NCBI GenBank assembly: GCA_044225365.1
Contig: JBGAIQ010000035.1
Span: forward strand, 1-57,179
Length of the DNA: 57,179 nucleotides
From: Planctomycetota bacterium
GTDB taxonomy: Bacteria > Planctomycetota > B15-G4 > JADJEK01
Direction: 5' to 3'
The notes beneath the pieces are model-generated. The model had not been told where the DNA came from and did no database searches. It saw only the letters and a list, made by a program, of their open reading frames with translations. Each line of letters starts with the position of its first letter. Position 1 is the first letter of the stretch. Shown here one piece after another: positions 29,586 through 38,048 of this stretch. The translations under genes and the position numbers were made by a program.

Positions 29586-30944
29586 CGACGCTCCCACTTC
29601 GCGGAGTCGCTCCGCGTCGATGCCGAGCGCGAGGAGGTCGACTCGGAATCCCGGGTACGACTTCGCTGCGCAGGAGAAGCCGCGAATCCGCGATTCTCCG
29701 GGTGCAGCGAGCGCGAGGACCGTCGCCGCGAGCGCGATGCGATGATCGCCGTGCGAGTCCACGTCGCCGGCGCGGAGCTTTGCTCCTCCCTCGATCGCGA
29801 GCGAGTCCGGGCTCGTCCGCACCGGGACTCCAAAGGCCCGCAGCATCGCCGCGATCGATTCGATCCGATCGCTCTCCTTCACGCGCAGCTCGGAAACTCC
29901 GTGGAAAGTCGTCGTTCCCCCTTCCGCGCAGGCCGCCGCGACCGCGAGGACGGGGATGTCGTCGAGGAGCGTGGGAAACGCCGCGGCCGGAACCTCGACC
30001 CCGACGAGCGACGAACTCTCGAACGTGAGCCGAGCCACGTCCTCCCCGCAGGCCGAACGCGCTTCGCCGCGAGCAACACGCGCCCCCATCGATTCGAGTA
30101 CGGCGAGGCCGCCCGCGCGCGTCGGATTGATCCCGACGTCGACGAGTTCGACTCGCGCGGCCGGAAGGACGAGCGCCGCGACGGATGAATAGAGCGCCGA
30201 CGAGAGATCCGCGGGAACGTCGATCGCCGTGAGGGGCGCACGGAGCGCTTGCGGACCGCGCAGTCGCAAGATCCCGCCCCGAGCCTCGATCTCGACGCCG
30301 AACGTTCTGAACATCCGCTCGGTGTGATCCCGCGATGCACCCGGTTCCTCGACCTGCGTGACGCCTTCGGCGCAGAGACCGGCGAGCAAGATCGCCGACT
30401 TCACCTGCGCGCTCGCGACCTCGAGCCGGTGGTTCATCGCGACGAGTCGCTTGCGCCCGACGAAACGCAAGGGAAGTCGATCGCGAGTAGGCTCGGCAAA
30501 GCTGACGCCCATGCGCGCGAGCGGCAGAACGACCCGCTTCATCGGTCGCGACCGCAACGAACCACGCCCGTCGAGCACGATCTCGCGCTCGCTCCCGGCG
30601 AGGGCGCCGAGGAGCAGCCTCGCGGTCGTCCCCGATTCCCCCGCGTCGATCGCGACGGGTTCGCGCGCGAGGCGGACGTCGCCCCGAACGAAGAGCGACC
30701 CGCTGTGTCGCGTCTCACGGCGCACGCTCGCGCCGAGGCGCATCAAGGATGTCACCATGGCCGTCGTGTCGTCGCTCTCGAGGCACGACGTCACGTGCGT
30801 CTCCGCGTCGGTCAGTGCCGAGAGCAGGAGCGCGCGCAGACTGATCGACTTGTCGGACGGGGGACGGAGCGTTCCCACGGGCCCTTGCGAGCAGCCCGCG
30901 ACGAGGAGGTCTTCGAGCGAGGAGCCGTGCGACGTCGTCGTCAC
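29574..30944 (-). CDS. aroA: 3-phosphoshikimate 1-carboxyvinyltransferase (EPSP synthase)
   Basis: DKSIS.RA, GESGTTARL, RPMKRV..PL..MG, ASAQVKSAILLAGL, SRDHTERM, ELRVKESDRI, GDHRIA. Confidence 0.96.
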   Translation of the reverse strand: MTTTSHGSSLEDLLVAGCSQGPVGTLRPPSDKSISLRALLLSALTDAETHVTSCLESDDTTAMVTSLMRLGASVRRETRHSGSLFVRGDVRLAREPVAIDAGESGTTARLLLGALAGSEREIVLDGRGSLRSRPMKRVVLPLARMGVSFAEPTRDRLPLRFVGRKRLVAMNHRLEVASAQVKSAILLAGLCAEGVTQVEEPGASRDHTERMFRTFGVEIEARGGILRLRGPQALRAPLTAIDVPADLSSALYSSVAALVLPAARVELVDVGINPTRAGGLAVLESMGARVARGEARSACGEDVARLTFESSSLVGVEVPAAAFPTLLDDIPVLAVAAACAEGGTTTFHGVSELRVKESDRIESIAAMLRAFGVPVRTSPDSLAIEGGAKLRAGDVDSHGDHRIALAATVLALAAPGESRIRGFSCAAKSYPGFRVDLLALGIDAERLREVGASSAT

Positions 30945-31693
30945 TCCTCGAGTTTCTTGTAGTAGTCCGATTCCTTGCGGCTCGCCGGCGCGACGTCCGT
31001 CATGAACGCGCCGATGACGTTGGCGCCCGCGCGCTGCAACGTGTGCTTCGCGCGCTCGACCTGATCGCGTGGAGTCTTCGCCGCGCGAACCACGAGGACC
31101 ACGCCGTCGAGCTGCGCGCCGAGCACCGCGGCATCGGTGTACGGATTGATCGGCGGCGTGTCGCAGAGGATGTGGGTGAAGTCGGTCTTGAGCACCGCCA
31201 TCAGGTCGCGGATGCGGCCCGATCCGAGGAGTTCCGACGGATTGCGCGGCTCGCGGCCCGCGCGAATGACGCTGAGATTGCGGACCTTCGTCTCCTGGAG
31301 AACCTGCGAGAGTTGCGCTTCCTCGAGCAACAGCTCGGAGAGTCCCGGACCTTCGGCGATCCCGAACAGCTCCGCGATCCGCGGCGCACGGAAATCGGTG
31401 TCGATGAGGCAGACTCGCGCACCCGTCAGTTCGGCGAGCGCGACCGCGACGTTGGCGATCGAGACCGATTTTCCTTCACCCTTCATCGCGGAGGTGAAGA
31501 CGAGCGCGCGTGCACCGCGACCGTGGAGCATCGCCTGCAGGTTCGTCCGGAACTGCCGGTACTGCTCGGCGAGGAGCGAGCGCGGATCGTGGTAGACGAC
31601 GAGATGCGGCGCGATCGAATGATCCTCGATCACCACTACCATCTCTTCGGCCGCGGGTTCGGCGTTCGTGTCGTTCGGCGTTGCTTTCGGCAT
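30941..31693 (-). CDS. CpsD/CapB-type bacterial tyrosine kinase, stand-alone cytoplasmic domain
   Basis: PRS..AEQYR..RTNL, TSAMKGEGKS, LIDTDFR.P, PNPSELL-like (PRNPSELL), DTPP, TDAAVL, C-terminal YY. Confidence 0.9.
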   Translation of the reverse strand: MPKATPNDTNAEPAAEEMVVVIEDHSIAPHLVVYHDPRSLLAEQYRQFRTNLQAMLHGRGARALVFTSAMKGEGKSVSIANVAVALAELTGARVCLIDTDFRAPRIAELFGIAEGPGLSELLLEEAQLSQVLQETKVRNLSVIRAGREPRNPSELLGSGRIRDLMAVLKTDFTHILCDTPPINPYTDAAVLGAQLDGVVLVVRAAKTPRDQVERAKHTLQRAGANVIGAFMTDVAPASRKESDYYKKLEE

Positions 31694-31919
31694 GACGGGA
31701 ACTCGTGCTGCTTTCTGCTCGTCGTCGGGGACGGCTGCGAGGTCGCGGACTATATCGACCAGGAGCACCCTTCGGGAAAAGGGCGAGGAAGACTTTACTT
31801 TCGATCCGCTACGATCCGATAAGACATCGCAGTTCCGAGGTAACGAGCGTGTAGCTCGTGTCCATGTTCGAGAACTCGAGCAGTCGAACCGAAGAGCGCA
31901 AGGACACTGGAAGGACCCG

Positions 31920-32777
31920 ATGGGCCTGGCCGACAGCGTATTCCGACTGTTCCGCGAGAACAGCGACGTCGTGCCGATCAACCGCCTGAAGAAGCAGGGC
32001 GTCAAGAACGTCACGGTTCTCGACTGGGGCCGCATCCAGAACCTCATCGAGAAGGCCGTCGACGAAGCCCTCTCGCGGCGCAACATCGAGCTCGCACCGA
32101 ACGTACTCGCGGGCGTCCATCGCGAGGCCCGTGAAGCGTTCCATCGGCTCCTCGAGCAGCGCGACCGCCTCGAGGAGACGGCGCGGACGCTCGAGCAGGA
32201 GAAAGCGGATCTCTCGAAGAACGTCGTCGAACTGCGCGGCGAGATCGCGCGCAGCGAGGAGCAACTCGCCAAGGAGCGCTCCCGGGCGGTCGAATACGCC
32301 GATGTCGCCGTCGAAGGCGCGCAGCTCGATCACGCGCTCCTGAAGCTCGAGGAACGAGTGCGCGCGATGGCGCCGCAAGCCGGCACGACGGACGCCGCGG
32401 ACTTCGCGGCGCGCATCGCCGCGGCGGCGAAGTCGCTGCTCGACGAGGAACGCCGCCGCGCCTTCGATCAAGCCTCGAACGAACATCGGCTGAAGGTGGA
32501 GCAGCTCGAGCGGCGCGTCTCCAAGCTCCAGCGAACCCTGAACGAGACCGAGGAAGTCGTCGAGCGGCTCAAGACCGCGAAGGAAGGCGACCCCGGAATC
32601 GAGTCGGTCTACAAGTCGGTGCAGGGCCTCGACCCGAAGGACCAGCGCGCGCGGGAGAAGCGTGGGCTTCTCGATCAGGTGTTCAAGCTCAACCTGGAAC
32701 TGCGCGAGGTCATCGCGGAGAGTCAGACCGCCGGCACGAAGTCGAACGAGACGAGAGAGAGTGCGACGACGACCTGA
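31920..32777 (+). CDS. Cytoplasmic coiled-coil hypothetical protein upstream of MamK-like actin
   Basis: ATG 31920 after an AGGA SD; heptad E/R/L/A-rich body; ordered-looking ends (LKKQGVKNVTVLD; DPGIESVYKSVQGLD...VFKLNLELR). Confidence 0.8.
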   Translation: MGLADSVFRLFRENSDVVPINRLKKQGVKNVTVLDWGRIQNLIEKAVDEALSRRNIELAPNVLAGVHREAREAFHRLLEQRDRLEETARTLEQEKADLSKNVVELRGEIARSEEQLAKERSRAVEYADVAVEGAQLDHALLKLEERVRAMAPQAGTTDAADFAARIAAAAKSLLDEERRRAFDQASNEHRLKVEQLERRVSKLQRTLNETEEVVERLKTAKEGDPGIESVYKSVQGLDPKDQRAREKRGLLDQVFKLNLELREVIAESQTAGTKSNETRESATTT

Positions 32778-32805
32778 GCGTCGCGCGACAGACACGGAGG
32801 AATCG

Positions 32806-33909
32806 ATGGCGATCGAAATGCGAACGGATGGCAGTACCGAGAGCTCGACGGCGAATCGGATCTCGAAGGAACACGGCGTCCTGTACGTCGGCATGGATCT
32901 CGGCACGTCCCGCACGTCGATCGCGTGCAGCAACGGCGTGCGCGAGACCGTCGCGAGCGTCGTCGGGTACCCGAAGGACCTGGTGGCCAAGAAGCTGCTG
33001 AAGAAGGACACACTGTTCGGCGACGAAGCGTTCAGCAACCGCCTCTCGCTCGACTTCTATCGCCCGCTCGCGAAGGGCGTCATCAAGCACAGCGACGAGC
33101 CGTCGCAGCGCGACTCCGACGCGGGCAAGATGAACCTGAAGGCGGCGACCGATCTCGTGCGCCACGCGATCAGCCTCGCGCAGTCGCGCAAGGACGAGCT
33201 GATCTACGCCGTCATCGGGGCGCCGGCCGAGGCCTCGATCCACAATCGCAAGGCGATCATCGACGCCGCCCGCGAGATCGTCGATTCCGTGATGCTGTGC
33301 TCGGAGCCGTTCTCGGTCGCCTACGGCCTCGATCGCCTCACCGACACGCTCGTCATCGACATCGGCGCCGGAACCACGGACCTCTGCCGCATGCACGGCA
33401 CGATGCCGACCGCCGAGGATCAGGTCATGAACACGTTCGCCGGCGACCACGTCGATCAGACGATGCTCGACGCGATCGTGAAGAAGAACCCGAAGGCGCA
33501 GGTGAACATCAACATGATTCGCCTGTGGAAGGAACGCTGGGGCACCGTGCGCAACACCGTGCAGCCGATCGTCGTTCCGATCCCGATCGCGGGCAAGCCG
33601 ACGGAGATCGACATCACGAACGAGATGCGCCTCGCCTGCCGCACGCTCATCGATCCGATCTGCGACGGCCTCGAGAAGCTCATCTCGACCTACGATCCGG
33701 AATTCCAGGATCGGCTGAAGGACAACGTCCTGCTCGGCGGCGGCGGCAGTCAGATCGACGGCCTCGGCGACGCGATCGAGGCCGCCATGATGGAGCGTTT
33801 CGGGCGCGGCAAGGTGACGACCGTCGAGGAACCGATCTACGCCGGCGCCAACGGCGCGCTCAAGATCGCGCACGACATGCCGGAGGAGTACTGGGAGAAG
33901 CTGCGCTGA
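32806..33909 (+). CDS. mamK: MamK-family actin-like ATPase
   Basis: GGAGG SD; GMDLGTSRT, SVVGYPKD, AVIGAPAEAS, SEPFSVAYGLD, DIGAGTTDLC..HGT.P..EDQ, GGGSQI.GL, GALKIA.DMP.EYW, all matching the MamK rather than MreB pattern. Confidence 0.88.
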   Translation: MAIEMRTDGSTESSTANRISKEHGVLYVGMDLGTSRTSIACSNGVRETVASVVGYPKDLVAKKLLKKDTLFGDEAFSNRLSLDFYRPLAKGVIKHSDEPSQRDSDAGKMNLKAATDLVRHAISLAQSRKDELIYAVIGAPAEASIHNRKAIIDAAREIVDSVMLCSEPFSVAYGLDRLTDTLVIDIGAGTTDLCRMHGTMPTAEDQVMNTFAGDHVDQTMLDAIVKKNPKAQVNINMIRLWKERWGTVRNTVQPIVVPIPIAGKPTEIDITNEMRLACRTLIDPICDGLEKLISTYDPEFQDRLKDNVLLGGGGSQIDGLGDAIEAAMMERFGRGKVTTVEEPIYAGANGALKIAHDMPEEYWEKLR

Positions 33910-33939
33910 GCAGCGTTCCGAGGAGTCTCCGAAAACACC

Positions 33940-33978
33940 ACGAGCGGTCCCGCGTGATTCCTCACGCCGACCGCTCGT
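33940..33978. terminator. Hairpin between convergent genes
   Basis: ACGAGCGGTC..GCGTGA-TTCC-TCACGC..GACCGCTCGT; no clear U tract. Confidence 0.4.
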
Positions 33979-34015
33979 AGTCCATCCGTCGACGAATCGA
34001 CGTCGGGTCGTGCCT

Positions 34016-34297
34016 TCAGCTACCGCCGCCGACCGGCTTCTTCGGGCCGGGTTCGCCCTTGCCCGTGCCGCCGTGACCCGGCTGCTGATGGCCGTGCGGA
34101 CGCTTCGGATGCTGCGGACCGCTGACCGGAGGGACCTTCGGGCGGTGCGGCGGCGGGTTGCCGGTGCCCGTACCCGGGTCGTGCGGACGCTTCGGCGGAT
34201 CCGTCGCAACAGCGAGGATCGTGTCGTTCGCGACTTCCGTCGTCGCCTGCATCGGCGCAGCTTGCATCGCGAGGGAGAGAATCATCCAACTCAGCAT
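34016..34297 (-). CDS. Small secreted Pro/His/Gly-rich peptide (93 aa)
   Basis: GGAGG SD before ATG 34297; short hydrophobic N-terminus MLSWMILSLAMQA; low-complexity body. Confidence 0.6.
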   Translation of the reverse strand: MLSWMILSLAMQAAPMQATTEVANDTILAVATDPPKRPHDPGTGTGNPPPHRPKVPPVSGPQHPKRPHGHQQPGHGGTGKGEPGPKKPVGGGS

Positions 34298-34664
34298 GTT
34301 GCCTCCTGGTTTCGAGCGGCGCGGTCGAGGCCTGCCATCGGGCCCCATGACCTTGACCGGATCGTGTCGAGCGGTGCGTCATCGCGGTGTGCGCGACGGC
34401 CGTTCAACCGATATCGGCCTCCATCGTATCGCTCTATCGCGCAATCCACCGTAAACTTTTTGTCAACCGAACCAGGGACGGGGTGGCCGGAAGGGTCGGG
34501 GGGCGAAAGCGGGAGATTGAGGAGAAAGCTCCAGCCGGGGCGCTCGGAGCGATGGCTCCTACGAGCCCCGGCGATCGCGAAGTTCTTCGGCAGGGAAACG
34601 GGTATGGGAGCCTGGACAACGATCGTGGCGAAGACCCGACCGGTCCTCTCAGCCCACTTTCGGC

Positions 34665-34795
34665 TCTAAATAAGAGTCCACGATTATCTTAGGTACCGAG
34701 GCCGAGCGAGAAGTGTGCAGGCGAGGAGATCCGACGATGCATGCGCGCTTCACAGCCGGCCGCAGGCCTAACAGAATCGTGGACTCTTATTTAGA
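34665..34795. repeat. 29-bp inverted repeat pair bounding a 131-bp imperfect palindrome
   Basis: TCTAAATAAGAGTCCACGATTATCTTAGG (34665-34693) versus reverse complement of 34767-34795 (27/29 identical). Confidence 0.9.
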
Positions 34796-35003
34796 TTCTC
34801 ATCCTCCCGTGCCCCGCGCTGGACCCGGGCCGGGTTCTCGTCCTTCGCTCGGCCGTGCCGACCGCGCCGAGGACCTCGGCGCGCCGCGGCGCGGATCGGG
34901 CATGAATCGCTCGCGAGAGGCTGTTGGATGTCCGCAGACTGCGTCGTGACGCGCGGAATGCGCGCTGCGCACGGTGACCTCCGGCACATCGCCGTTCGAG
35001 TCA

Positions 35004-35450
35004 CTACTTCGTCGAGTATCCGCGAAGGGTCCAGTTCGTCGTCGTACCCCCACCCGAGTTCTGAACACCGAGCGTCTGATCCGCCTTGTATTCGATCGGT
35101 GTGACGAAATGGAGCGCCAGGGTCTGATAGGCAGGAACGACCAGGAGCGCGGTCGCGGCGGCTCCGTTGCGGCGGAGTACTTGGTTGTTGAGGGGTGCAC
35201 CGCCGTAGGGATTCGAGATCAATACATCGGTGATGAACAACCTCGAGTGGCCGGGCGGAAGCTCCCCGCTGAGGGGATGATCTTGCGGCACTCCGTTCAC
35301 GACGTCGTCGATGTTCTTCTCGAACACGGACTTCGATTTCGAGTTCGCCGTCGGTGGCGGACTGCTTCGCGCCACGTTCGGGAGGAACGCGGCGAGGGCC
35401 ATGAAGCCAGCGACGAACACGAACGAGCGAAGGGATTGGGATCCGAGCAT
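35004..35450 (-). CDS. Small secreted beta-rich hypothetical protein
   Basis: Signal peptide (FVFVAGFMALAAFLPNVARS); AGGAG upstream; LFITDV...LRGY C-terminus. Confidence 0.65.
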   Translation of the reverse strand: MLGSQSLRSFVFVAGFMALAAFLPNVARSSPPPTANSKSKSVFEKNIDDVVNGVPQDHPLSGELPPGHSRLFITDVLISNPYGGAPLNNQVLRRNGAAATALLVVPAYQTLALHFVTPIEYKADQTLGVQNSGGGTTTNWTLRGYSTK

Positions 35451-35619
35451 GGTGTGAGGACTCCTGTCGTGGCGCTCGGGATGAGACTCCGAGCGATCGT
35501 GACTGCGGGACTTCGTTGAATGGCTAACGAGCCCGATTCACGCGCGAATTCGTTTGGTCCGGGGCCCGAAATCGGAGAAATCGAGTTGGCCCGAGCTGAC
35601 CAAAAGGAAGGACGGCGCC

Positions 35620-35654
35620 CTGGAAAATCGATGATGGCATCATAAGATTTCCAG
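35620..35654 (+). promoter_or_regulatory. Palindromic operator overlapping a probable leaderless promoter
   Basis: CTGGAAA-N4-ATGATG-G-CATCAT-N4-TTTCCAG; TGGAAA-N16-TAAGAT ends 7 nt before ATG 35656. Confidence 0.5.
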
Positions 35655-35655
35655 C

Positions 35656-36912
35656 ATGTACCACGTGCGACTCGCGACGGCTCGGTTGTCAGCACTCCTG
35701 CGGGCTTTCCCGGCGGTCGTCGTCGCTGGCGCGCGTCAGGTCGGAAAGACCACCTTCGTGCGACACGTGCTCGGAGATCGCGGCGATTACGTCGTCTTCG
35801 ATCCCGTGATCGACGTCGAGAATGCGCGGCGCGATCCCGACCTCTTCCTCGATCAACATCGCCGCTTCCCCCTCGTGCTCGACGAAATCCAGTACGCGAA
35901 AGAGCTGCTGCCCGCTTTGAAGCGCCGAATCGATCGCGATCGAGCGCCGGGCCGCTACGTGCTCACTGGCTCGCAGCAGTGGCAAGTGCTGACCTCTTTG
36001 TCCGAGAGCCTTGCGGGACGAGTCGTGTTCCTCGATCTCGAGGGTTTGTGTCTCGCCGAGATCGCCGATGCCGCCCATCCACGCGGCGTGAAGAGTTGGA
36101 TCGAGCGATGGCTCGCGTCCCCCGAGCGATACCTCGAAGCGGAACATCCTCGGCTCGAAGATAGGGACCGTCCCTTGTTCGAACGCCTGTGGCGCGGATT
36201 CCTGCCAGAAGCCGACGCGATCGAGCGCGACGTGGTTCCCGACTTCCACACCGCGTACCAGCGCACCTACATCGAACGCGATGCGCGCCTGCTCGGCGAT
36301 GTCTCGGACTGGCAGGAGTTCGGTCGCTTCTTTCGGCTCGCCGCAGCGCTCACCGCTCAGGAAGTGAATCAGAGCAAACTCGGCCGCGACATCGGCATCA
36401 CGCCCCAAACCGCGCGGCGTTGGCTCGACATGCTCGTCGCGACCTTTCAGTGGCACGAAGTACCGGCGTGGTCGGGCAACACCGTGAAACGGGTGAGCCA
36501 GCGCCCGAAGGGGTACCTCTCGGACACGGGCCTCGCTTGTGCTGCTCTGCGAATTTCGTCGCCGTCTGCGCTCGCCGACCATCCTGCCGTTGGCCCCATC
36601 TTCGAGACGGCGGTCGTGGGTGAAGTACGACGGCTCATGAGCGTGATGTCGCCGCGACCGCTGATCCATCATTGGCGGGCTCACGCCGGCGCCGAGGTCG
36701 ATCTGTTGATCGAACGCGACGGCATTCTGTTTCCGCTCGAGGTCCGTCTCACGACCCGGCCGTCGGCGGACGACGCTCGCGGCATCGCAGCATTTCGCGC
36801 GGCGCACCCGCGACGGCGAATCGCGCCGGGCGTCGTCGTCACGCCAAGCCCGCGCGCGGTCCGACTGACGAAGACCGAGATCGCGATTCCGTGGGACCAG
36901 GCGGCGGAGTGA
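35656..36912 (+). CDS. AAA_14 ATPase with C-terminal DUF4143 (nuclease-like) domain
   Basis: GARQVGKTT, LDEIQY, LTGSQ, ESLAGR, TYIERD, PKGYLSDTGLA, AEVDLL....PLEV. Confidence 0.9.
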   Translation: MYHVRLATARLSALLRAFPAVVVAGARQVGKTTFVRHVLGDRGDYVVFDPVIDVENARRDPDLFLDQHRRFPLVLDEIQYAKELLPALKRRIDRDRAPGRYVLTGSQQWQVLTSLSESLAGRVVFLDLEGLCLAEIADAAHPRGVKSWIERWLASPERYLEAEHPRLEDRDRPLFERLWRGFLPEADAIERDVVPDFHTAYQRTYIERDARLLGDVSDWQEFGRFFRLAAALTAQEVNQSKLGRDIGITPQTARRWLDMLVATFQWHEVPAWSGNTVKRVSQRPKGYLSDTGLACAALRISSPSALADHPAVGPIFETAVVGEVRRLMSVMSPRPLIHHWRAHAGAEVDLLIERDGILFPLEVRLTTRPSADDARGIAAFRAAHPRRRIAPGVVVTPSPRAVRLTKTEIAIPWDQAAE

Positions 36913-37074
36913 ACGGGGAGGGTGCCTCGTGTCGTTCAGGGTTCGAAGGTCCTGCCCCCCGTCCGAGCGACACGCTCACGGGATCTCTCGCGACCCGTCG
37001 GATGTCTCGGGATGTCCCAGCTGCGGCGACTTCGGAGGTCGCGGCGAGCCCCGCCCGGACCGCCCGAAATGGCG

Positions 37075-37105
37075 CGGGGCCCGTGGCTTTCGGCCACGGG
37101 CCCCG
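37075..37105 (-). terminator. Perfect 13-bp hairpin directly 3' of tRNA-Gln(CTG)
   Basis: CGGGGCCCGTGGC-TTTCG-GCCACGGGCCCCG. Confidence 0.6.
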
Positions 37106-37108
37106 ATG

Positions 37109-37182
37109 TGGTAGCCGGACTAGGATTCGAACCTAGACTAGCGGAGTCAGAGTCCGCTGTCCTACCATTAGACGATCCGGCT
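37109..37182 (-). tRNA. tRNA-Gln (anticodon CTG)
   Basis: Cloverleaf: acceptor AGCCGGA/TCCGGCT, anticodon arm GCGGA-CTCTGAC-TCCGC, GGTTCGAATCC, encoded CCA. Confidence 0.97.
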
Positions 37183-37295
37183 ACGGAAGGGCGGGAGTCT
37201 ACGATCGCGGGGGTAGGACTGCAAGGATGCGGCGTTTGAATCCGGGTCGCGCGCCCCCCCCTCTGCAGCGAAGCCCTCCCGACGCTCGCGCTCCG

Positions 37296-38048
37296 CTACT
37301 TCTTCGCGCCGTAGGACGCGATCACGGCGCGCGCGTGGTTCACGATCCCCTCGACGGCGCCTCGCATCTTGAAGCGGAGATCGTCGAGGGCCTTGTCGTC
37401 GCCCCAACCCACTCGAACCACGTAGTTGCCCTCCGACGTGGTCACGAGCGAGACGTCCTCTCCGGTCCGAGAGGGAGTGGGATAGGTCGGTACGTTGTCC
37501 GGGACTCCGTCGCCATCGACGTCCTTGCGGGTCGTCTGCGCCAGCTCGTAGGCTCCGCGCGCGCGCTTCTCGGCGACGACTTCCTGGTTCCGCTTCGAGA
37601 GGGCGTCCTTGATGTCGCCGAGCGCGGCGATCTCATCGCTCAGCGCGGCCGAGATCGCGCTCAGCTCGTCGCTGGGGAGATGCGCTCCCGAAGAATGATA
37701 GGGCGGGCGATCGAACACTTCGGTCGGGGGAGACGAATGGAGGACCTGCAGAGCGAGGGTCATCCCGAAGTCCCCGGGCGGGAGCGAGAAAGGAACCTTG
37801 TCGCTGCCGGCGGTGATCGTCACGTCCGGATTCGGGGGTACGTCCGCGTCCCGTCGCGTCGACTCCGGCTCCGATCGCCCATCGTGGTTCTCGGGACCCG
37901 ACTCACTTCGATCCGGCTCGCGCACGTCCCGCGGATCCGACGGCGATTCGTCGACGTCCGCGGTGCGGCTCAAGGTCCAGATCGTTCCCGCGACCGCGCC
38001 GGCGAGGATCAAGACCACTCCGATGATCCGTCGCGAACTCGAATTCAT
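37296..38048 (-). CDS. Membrane-anchored hypothetical protein
   Basis: ATG overlaps the kamA-like stop; N-terminal TM IIGVVLILAGAVAGTIWTL; DVDGDGVPD Ca-binding-like loop. Confidence 0.7.
   Translation of the reverse strand: MNSSSRRIIGVVLILAGAVAGTIWTLSRTADVDESPSDPRDVREPDRSESGPENHDGRSEPESTRRDADVPPNPDVTITAGSDKVPFSLPPGDFGMTLALQVLHSSPPTEVFDRPPYHSSGAHLPSDELSAISAALSDEIAALGDIKDALSKRNQEVVAEKRARGAYELAQTTRKDVDGDGVPDNVPTYPTPSRTGEDVSLVTTSEGNYVVRVGWGDDKALDDLRFKMRGAVEGIVNHARAVIASYGAKK

Noticed and set aside
30941-31693. Capsule/EPS biosynthesis cluster
   Set aside because: No wza/wzx/wzy, Wzz-like or glycosyltransferase genes nearby.
32806-33909. Magnetosome island or mreBCD locus
   Set aside because: No other mam/mad/mms genes and no mreC/mreD in the window; magnetotaxis cannot be claimed.
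34665-34930. Integron attC or chromosomal dif site
   Set aside because: GCCTAAC and TTATCTTAGGT resemble the core motifs, but the attC box order and XerC arm do not fit, and no integrase is present.
1545-37182. Two same-orientation tRNA-Gln genes as attL/attR of a 35-kb island
   Set aside because: Both are complete, divergent isoacceptors, and the interval holds core genes (rho, recG, aroA) and no integrase.
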